Below, piece after piece: positions 59,075-64,000 of a stretch of 64,000 bases of DNA. Within the stretch, counting starts at the first letter, position 1; every line of letters begins with the position of its first letter. The position numbers were made by a program, and so were the translations under genes. Source of the stretch: Gaetbulibacter saemankumensis DSM 17032 (lineage in GTDB: Bacteria > Bacteroidota > Bacteroidia > Flavobacteriales > Flavobacteriaceae); NCBI RefSeq assembly GCF_000425645.1, contig NZ_KE384430.1, positions 729,492-793,491 on the forward strand, written 5' to 3'. The notes below the pieces were generated by a model. The model was not told the origin of the DNA. It worked only from the letters and a program-made list of their open reading frames with translations, and made no database searches.

Positions 59075-60148
59075 TTAATCTATAAAACTTCTTCTGGCGC
59101 CATCGCTTGCAAAGAGTGCACGTGATCTTAAGTTTTGCCCTTCTGTAAACATATACATACAGTTATCGTAAACGTAATCCATGTAATTCATGGTCATATC
59201 ACGAACGGTATTATTGCATGAATAAACCTCTCCAGGACAACCATAATTTGGGCCATCCGCTCTAGGTGTATCTTCTATAAAATCATCATAACTACAACCT
59301 CCATCACCCCAAATATGTCTGAGGTTTAACCAGTGCCCAACTTCATGGGTTGCAGTTCTTCCGTGACCATATTCCTTACCATCTAGGTTTTCTCCAAAGT
59401 AGTCCAAACCAATTACAATACCATCGGTTTTAGAAGGGCCTCCCGGGAATTGTGCATAGCCCAAAATGCCGCCTCCAATTTCACAAACCCAGATATTTAG
59501 ATTATTGGCAGGATCAATAGGGTCGAAACCTCCTTTTTTTGAAGATTTCATAGCATCTCTGGTACCCCAGCTATTTTTATTAGAGGTTTTTCTTTGAATG
59601 CCCGCAAATTCAAATTTTATTTGAAAGTCCGCTGATAATGTTGCAAATTCATCTGGAACAGATGATAAATGAGTATTATTATTGCTAAAATCTGTGTTTA
59701 AAATTTCTATTTGAGAATCAATATGTGCTTGGGTAATTTGCTGGTCATATTGTTCTATTATATTTATAATTACAGGGATAGTTACTATGCCATCATACGG
59801 AACAGATGGTGCTGGATCGGTAGGATCTTCTGTATTAGGCCCTCCTCCTGGCGTTCCCGACGGTTTTTTTGAAGCTATAAATTTTCTGGTTTGGTATTCT
59901 ATGGCATACATGCGTGTTTCTAAACCAGGAGTTTCATCCAATAAACGGTTTAAATTAGACATGGTATAACATTTATTGATTTGTGATTTACCATTAATCT
60001 GTTTCGAACTTACTTCATCCGTATTAGTGTATAAATAAAAATCACTCATATCAATTTCAACAGGTTCTTGAGCGGTTTCAATGTCGTTATTATTACAGGC
60101 GGTAATAACAAGTAGCAGTAGAATAAATTTAAAGAGGGAAGTTTTCAT
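59075..60148 (-). CDS. Secreted M43 (pappalysin/ulilysin-type) zinc metallopeptidase lipoprotein
   Basis: Lipobox ITAC; zinc motif HEVGHWLNLRH with a Cys-rich C-terminal region. Confidence 0.8.
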   Translation of the reverse strand: MKTSLFKFILLLLVITACNNNDIETAQEPVEIDMSDFYLYTNTDEVSSKQINGKSQINKCYTMSNLNRLLDETPGLETRMYAIEYQTRKFIASKKPSGTPGGGPNTEDPTDPAPSVPYDGIVTIPVIINIIEQYDQQITQAHIDSQIEILNTDFSNNNTHLSSVPDEFATLSADFQIKFEFAGIQRKTSNKNSWGTRDAMKSSKKGGFDPIDPANNLNIWVCEIGGGILGYAQFPGGPSKTDGIVIGLDYFGENLDGKEYGHGRTATHEVGHWLNLRHIWGDGGCSYDDFIEDTPRADGPNYGCPGEVYSCNNTVRDMTMNYMDYVYDNCMYMFTEGQNLRSRALFASDGARRSFID

Positions 60149-60294
60149 TATTTAAAATCTATTTTTTAGGATACAGAATTTAAATATATGATTTTTTAAT
60201 TTAACCCTAATAAAAACTAAATGAATGGGTTAAGTTTTCGATAAAGCCCCGATTTTGAGTATTGATATTTAATTATTGTAAATAGAATAATACA

Positions 60295-61509
60295 CTAAGA
60301 AAGCATCATTTTAGCCTTTTTAATGCCAGTAATTAGCGCATCGATTTCTTCTTTAGTATTATAAAAAGCAAACGAAGCCCGAACTGTTCCCGGAATACTA
60401 TAGAAGTCCATTATAGGTTGTGCGCAATGATGACCCGTACGCACAGCAATGCCTAATTTATCTAGAATGGTGCCTACGTCGTATGGATGAATGCCATCAA
60501 GGTTAAATGAGATAACTGAGGTTTTTTGCTTTGAAGTACCATAGATAGTAAGCCCCTCGATGTTTTGCAATTGCTTAGTTGCATATACCAATAATTCGTT
60601 TTCGTAGCTGGCAATAGTGTCGAAACCTATAGTATTCATGTAATCTATAGCAGCCCCAAAAGCGATACCACCGCATATGTTAGGGGTGCCTGCTTCGAAT
60701 TTATGGGGTAATTCGGCGTAGGTTGTTTTTTCGAAAGTGACTTCGGCAATCATTTCGCCACCACCTTGGTATGGTGGTAATTTCTTTAGCCAGGATTCTT
60801 TTCCATAGAGCATGCCCTGGCCGGTAGGACCACACATTTTATGTGCTGAAGCAACATAAAAATCGACATCTAAAGCCTGAACATCTGGCTTAATGTGTGG
60901 TGTTGATTGTGCCCCATCAATTAAGACGGCAGCGCCTACTAAGTGAGCTTGTTTTATAATGTATTCAATTGGGTTTATGGTTCCTAAAGCATTTGAAACA
61001 TGATTTACGAATACCAATTTCGTGTTTTTTGAAAGTAAGGCATCGAATTCGGGTATCACCAATTCTCCTTCCTGATTCATCGGTATTACTTTTAAATTCG
61101 CTCCTGTACGCTCACAGAGCATTTGCCATGGTACAATATTGCTATGATGTTCTAAGGCAGAAACCAGAATATCGTCGCCAGCTTTCAAAATGCTGGAAAA
61201 TCCATTAGCTACTAGGTTAATGCCATGTGTTGTGCCTGATGTGAAAATAATTTCATGGGCATGTTTTGCGTTAAAATGCTTTTGGATAGTATGTCTTGCC
61301 TGCTCATATTTATCGGTAGCTTCCTGACTCAAGCTATGTACGCCACGGTGAATGTTGGCATTATAGTTTGAATAATAGTCTACAATAACATCTATAACCT
61401 GTTGTGGGGTTTGCGATGTGGCCGCATTATCGAAATATACTAGAGGTTTACCGTTAACTGTACGTGAAAGTATTGGAAAATCTTTTCTTATCTCGTTTAT
61501 ATTGAACAT
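60295..61509 (-). CDS. sufS: Cysteine desulfurase SufS
   Basis: Class-V aminotransferase; PLP Lys in SAHK; C-terminal active-site GHHCAQP. Confidence 0.95.
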   Translation of the reverse strand: MFNINEIRKDFPILSRTVNGKPLVYFDNAATSQTPQQVIDVIVDYYSNYNANIHRGVHSLSQEATDKYEQARHTIQKHFNAKHAHEIIFTSGTTHGINLVANGFSSILKAGDDILVSALEHHSNIVPWQMLCERTGANLKVIPMNQEGELVIPEFDALLSKNTKLVFVNHVSNALGTINPIEYIIKQAHLVGAAVLIDGAQSTPHIKPDVQALDVDFYVASAHKMCGPTGQGMLYGKESWLKKLPPYQGGGEMIAEVTFEKTTYAELPHKFEAGTPNICGGIAFGAAIDYMNTIGFDTIASYENELLVYATKQLQNIEGLTIYGTSKQKTSVISFNLDGIHPYDVGTILDKLGIAVRTGHHCAQPIMDFYSIPGTVRASFAFYNTKEEIDALITGIKKAKMMLS

Positions 61510-61520
61510 GGCTTTATGTT

Positions 61521-61593
61521 TAGCCCCGATTGAGGCATTTGTTGAAGCTCCTCGCAGAGAGCGACTGCCGAAAGCGGGAGGAGCTTCTAATAA
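61521..61593. repeat. Copy B of the intergenic repeat family, between the sufD stop and the sufS start
   Basis: tagccccgattgaggcatttgttgaagctc-ctcgcagag-agcgactgccgaaagcggga-ggagcttc. Here gaagctcctc pairs with gaggagcttc, enclosing the conserved 3' module in a loop. Confidence 0.6.
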
Positions 61594-61595
61594 TT

Positions 61596-62909
61596 TTACA
61601 AATCAAATCCGATATTAACACCTAATTTGGTAGCAATGAGTTTAGTGATGCGTTGTTTTACTTCCGGAATTTTAACCGAACTTAATACATTATTACTAAA
61701 GGCATACATTAAAAGACCTTTAGCTTCTTTTTCAGGAATACCGCGAGAACGCATATAAAACATAGCACTTTCGTCCAGTTGCCCTATAGTACAACCATGC
61801 GAACATTTCACATCATCTGCAAAAATTTCTAATTGAGGCTTGGTATTAATAGTTGCTTTGTCGCTTATTAATATGTTATTGTTAGCTTGAAATGCATTGG
61901 TTTTTTGAGCTTCTTTTTCAACAACTACTTTACCGTTGAATACCCCTGTAGAACTATCGTCGAAAATCCCCTTGTAGTCTTGGTGACTTTCACAATTTGG
62001 TTCTATATGATGTACTAAGGTATTATGATCTACGTGTTGTTTGTTTCCAATAATGGTCACTCCTTTTAGTGTGGAATCGATACGCTCACCATTTTGGAAA
62101 AAGTTCAGGTTATTGCGAATTAATTTACCACCAAAGCTGAAGGTATGCACTGAAGCATGACTTTCTCTTTTTTGTTTTACAAACGTATTATCAATTAAGG
62201 AGGCATTTTCGCTATCGTTCTGAATTTTGTAATAATCGACAATGGCGCGTTTATTCGTAAAAATCTCCGTAACACTGTTTGTTAATACCGGATTGTTGGT
62301 TAAACTCTGGTGACGCTCGATAATTTGTACATGCGAATTCTCGTCTACAACAATCAGGTTGCGTGGTTGCAACATCGTGGCAGCCTCCGATCCGGTCGAA
62401 AAATGTATAATTTGAATTGGTTTTTCAACCAATTTATTTTTAGGAATATGAATGTATGCACCTTCGCTCGAGAAAGCTGTGTTTAAAGACGATAAACTAT
62501 CTTTAGTTGCAGCTTTATTAAAATAATTCTCTATGACTAAGCGGTATTTTGGTTTTGAAATTGCCGCCGACATTAGGCATACGTCGATACCGTCGTGGGT
62601 GGTTTGCGATAGGTATGAAGAATATTTGCCATCTATAAATACGATTTTATATGAATCGATATCATGAATGAAATATTTTTTTACATCGCCGTATTCTATA
62701 GAGCTTTCTTTTTGAGGAAACAGGCTGTAATCTTGTTTTAATACACTGTTTAATGAGGTGTATTTCCAAGCTTCTTCCTTTTTTGTAGGAAAGCCTTTTT
62801 CTTCGAATATTTTGATTGCATCAGATCTAACGTCGTGCACATAGGTGTCTACATCGACACGGTTTTCGAATGCTAGAAATGATGAAACTAATTTATCTTT
62901 TAAATCCAT
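61596..62909 (-). CDS. sufD: Fe-S cluster assembly protein SufD
   Basis: 437 aa beta-helix protein in the sufC-sufD-sufS order. Confidence 0.9.
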   Translation of the reverse strand: MDLKDKLVSSFLAFENRVDVDTYVHDVRSDAIKIFEEKGFPTKKEEAWKYTSLNSVLKQDYSLFPQKESSIEYGDVKKYFIHDIDSYKIVFIDGKYSSYLSQTTHDGIDVCLMSAAISKPKYRLVIENYFNKAATKDSLSSLNTAFSSEGAYIHIPKNKLVEKPIQIIHFSTGSEAATMLQPRNLIVVDENSHVQIIERHQSLTNNPVLTNSVTEIFTNKRAIVDYYKIQNDSENASLIDNTFVKQKRESHASVHTFSFGGKLIRNNLNFFQNGERIDSTLKGVTIIGNKQHVDHNTLVHHIEPNCESHQDYKGIFDDSSTGVFNGKVVVEKEAQKTNAFQANNNILISDKATINTKPQLEIFADDVKCSHGCTIGQLDESAMFYMRSRGIPEKEAKGLLMYAFSNNVLSSVKIPEVKQRITKLIATKLGVNIGFDL

Positions 62910-62919
62910 TTGCTTGTTA

Positions 62920-63672
62920 TTAAGCGTTCACTTCTTCTTTAATCCAGTCGTAACCTTTTTCTTCTAATTCGTGCGCTAATTCTTTTCCGCCCGATTTAAC
63001 AATTCTACCATTGTAAAGTACATGAACAAAATCTGGAACGATATAATCTAATAGTCTTTGGTAATGCGTAATAACTACAACGGCGTTGTCTTTATTTTTT
63101 AATTTGTTTACACCATTAGCTACAATGCGAAGCGCATCGATATCTAAACCAGAATCGGTTTCATCAAGAATAGCAAGTTTGGGTTCGAGCATGGCCATTT
63201 GAAAAATTTCATTACGTTTCTTTTCACCACCTGAAAAGCCTTCGTTTAAGGAACGTGATAAAAATTTACGGTCGATTTCAAGTAATTCTGATTTTTCGCG
63301 GATAAGTTTCAGCATGTCTTTAGCAGGCATCTCTTCTAATCCTTGAGCTTTACGGGTTTCGTTAATAGCTGTTTTCATAAAGTTTGTTACTGAAACTCCA
63401 GGAATTTCAACAGGGTATTGAAATGATAAGAAAATTCCTTTATGAGCACGTTCTTCTGCTGCTAAATCTTCAATATCTTCGTCATTAAAAATGATACTAC
63501 CTTCGGTAACGTCGTATTCTTCTTTTCCTGCAATTACAGAAGATAATGTACTTTTACCTGAACCGTTTGGTCCCATTATGGCATGCACCTCGCCCGGTTT
63601 TACTTCTAAGTTAATACCTCTTAAGATGGCTTTATCCTCAACACTGGCGTGTAAATTCTCAATTTTTAACAT
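62920..63672 (-). CDS. sufC: Fe-S cluster assembly ATPase SufC
   Basis: Walker A GPNGSGKST; signature FSGGEKKR; Walker B LDETDSGLD. Confidence 0.95.
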   Translation of the reverse strand: MLKIENLHASVEDKAILRGINLEVKPGEVHAIMGPNGSGKSTLSSVIAGKEEYDVTEGSIIFNDEDIEDLAAEERAHKGIFLSFQYPVEIPGVSVTNFMKTAINETRKAQGLEEMPAKDMLKLIREKSELLEIDRKFLSRSLNEGFSGGEKKRNEIFQMAMLEPKLAILDETDSGLDIDALRIVANGVNKLKNKDNAVVVITHYQRLLDYIVPDFVHVLYNGRIVKSGGKELAHELEEKGYDWIKEEVNA

Positions 63673-63675
63673 ACT

Positions 63676-64000
63676 ATTCTTGTCCTAATTTTACAACATT
63701 ATTATCCTCTGGATCTGCTTGTTTTACATTTAAGATTTCTACAATCTCAACTTTGTTATCCCAAAGAATTTTATCGTCGGCTTTATTTGTTATTTTTCCT
63801 CTTATTTCTACTTGAACCATATCCGTTGGTTCATTTTTATATTCCTGAGCGCGTTTGTTTAGCTCATATAATTTATCGGTTAAAAAAACTCCGTAAATAT
63901 TAGCATGTGTTTGTAATACAGCTGCACCTTCAAAATATATGAAATCACCTTTTAATAAGGTTAAGCCATCATTTTGTTTGGCTGTTTTTTCCGGGCTATC
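63676..64000 (-). CDS. Partial ORF with unknown product (the C-terminal 108 codons are visible). It ends 3 nt upstream of the sufC start.
   Basis: Open frame on the minus strand to the window edge. The C-terminus ...DNNVVKLGQE does not match the conserved SufB C-terminus (…LP[ML]EFAVEAQKL…SLE.SVG) that would be expected at this position. Confidence 0.4.

Noticed and set aside
60245-60254. Isolated 10-mer agccccgatt matching the 5' end of the repeat family
   Set aside because: Only 10 nt match. It could be chance, although it is GC-rich for this genome. It is kept as a note under the repeat-family finding and not counted as a copy.
1-64000. CRISPR arrays, transposases/IS elements, restriction-modification, toxin-antitoxin or other canonical defence modules
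   Set aside because: I read through the intergenic regions and hypothetical ORFs. There are no regularly spaced direct repeats, no transposase or DDE/HNH/PD-(D/E)xK signatures, and no methyltransferase motifs.

Overview
This 64 kb window looks like a Flavobacteriia (phylum Bacteroidota) chromosome segment. It is AT-rich, carries a T9SS C-terminal sorting domain protein and three TonB-dependent receptors, and has -33 TTG / -7 TAnnTTTG promoter motifs. Gene content is dominated by metal and Fe-S homeostasis. A divergently arranged Mn/Fe-type metal ABC importer (TonB receptor, ZnuA/TroA-like binding protein, ATPase, two permeases) sits next to a DtxR-family regulator. Further along are feoA-feoB plus a tiny Cys-rich membrane ORF that the ORF track missed, SCO1, HupE/UreJ, and a sufC-D-S-E-DUF59 cluster interrupted by an M43 metallopeptidase. 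Housekeeping genes include rseP, tRNA-Asn, gdhA, recO, recX, bioB, a bioF-bioD-bioA operon containing a KAS-like gene, nrdB-nrdA, ssb, dCMP deaminase, an S41 protease, and a flotillin/NfeD pair. One accessory locus is a mutagenesis cassette (Y-family polymerase and a DnaE2-like polymerase) facing a LexA-like S24 repressor. Another is a decayed tyrosine-integrase N-terminus with arm-like direct repeats directly 3' of tRNA-Asn, followed by about 2.7 kb of small accessory genes. The most unusual non-coding signal is a roughly 75 nt intergenic repeat family. It has three clear copies (4186-4262, 47331-47410, 61521-61593) plus a 10-mer echo, and two copies sit inside metal/Fe-S operons. No CRISPR array, transposase or recognisable defence-gene architecture was seen. 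Candidate novelties are therefore modest: the repeat family, the noncanonical bio operon, the fused winged-helix tails on the ABC permeases and several operator-like palindromes. They are stated as hypotheses.
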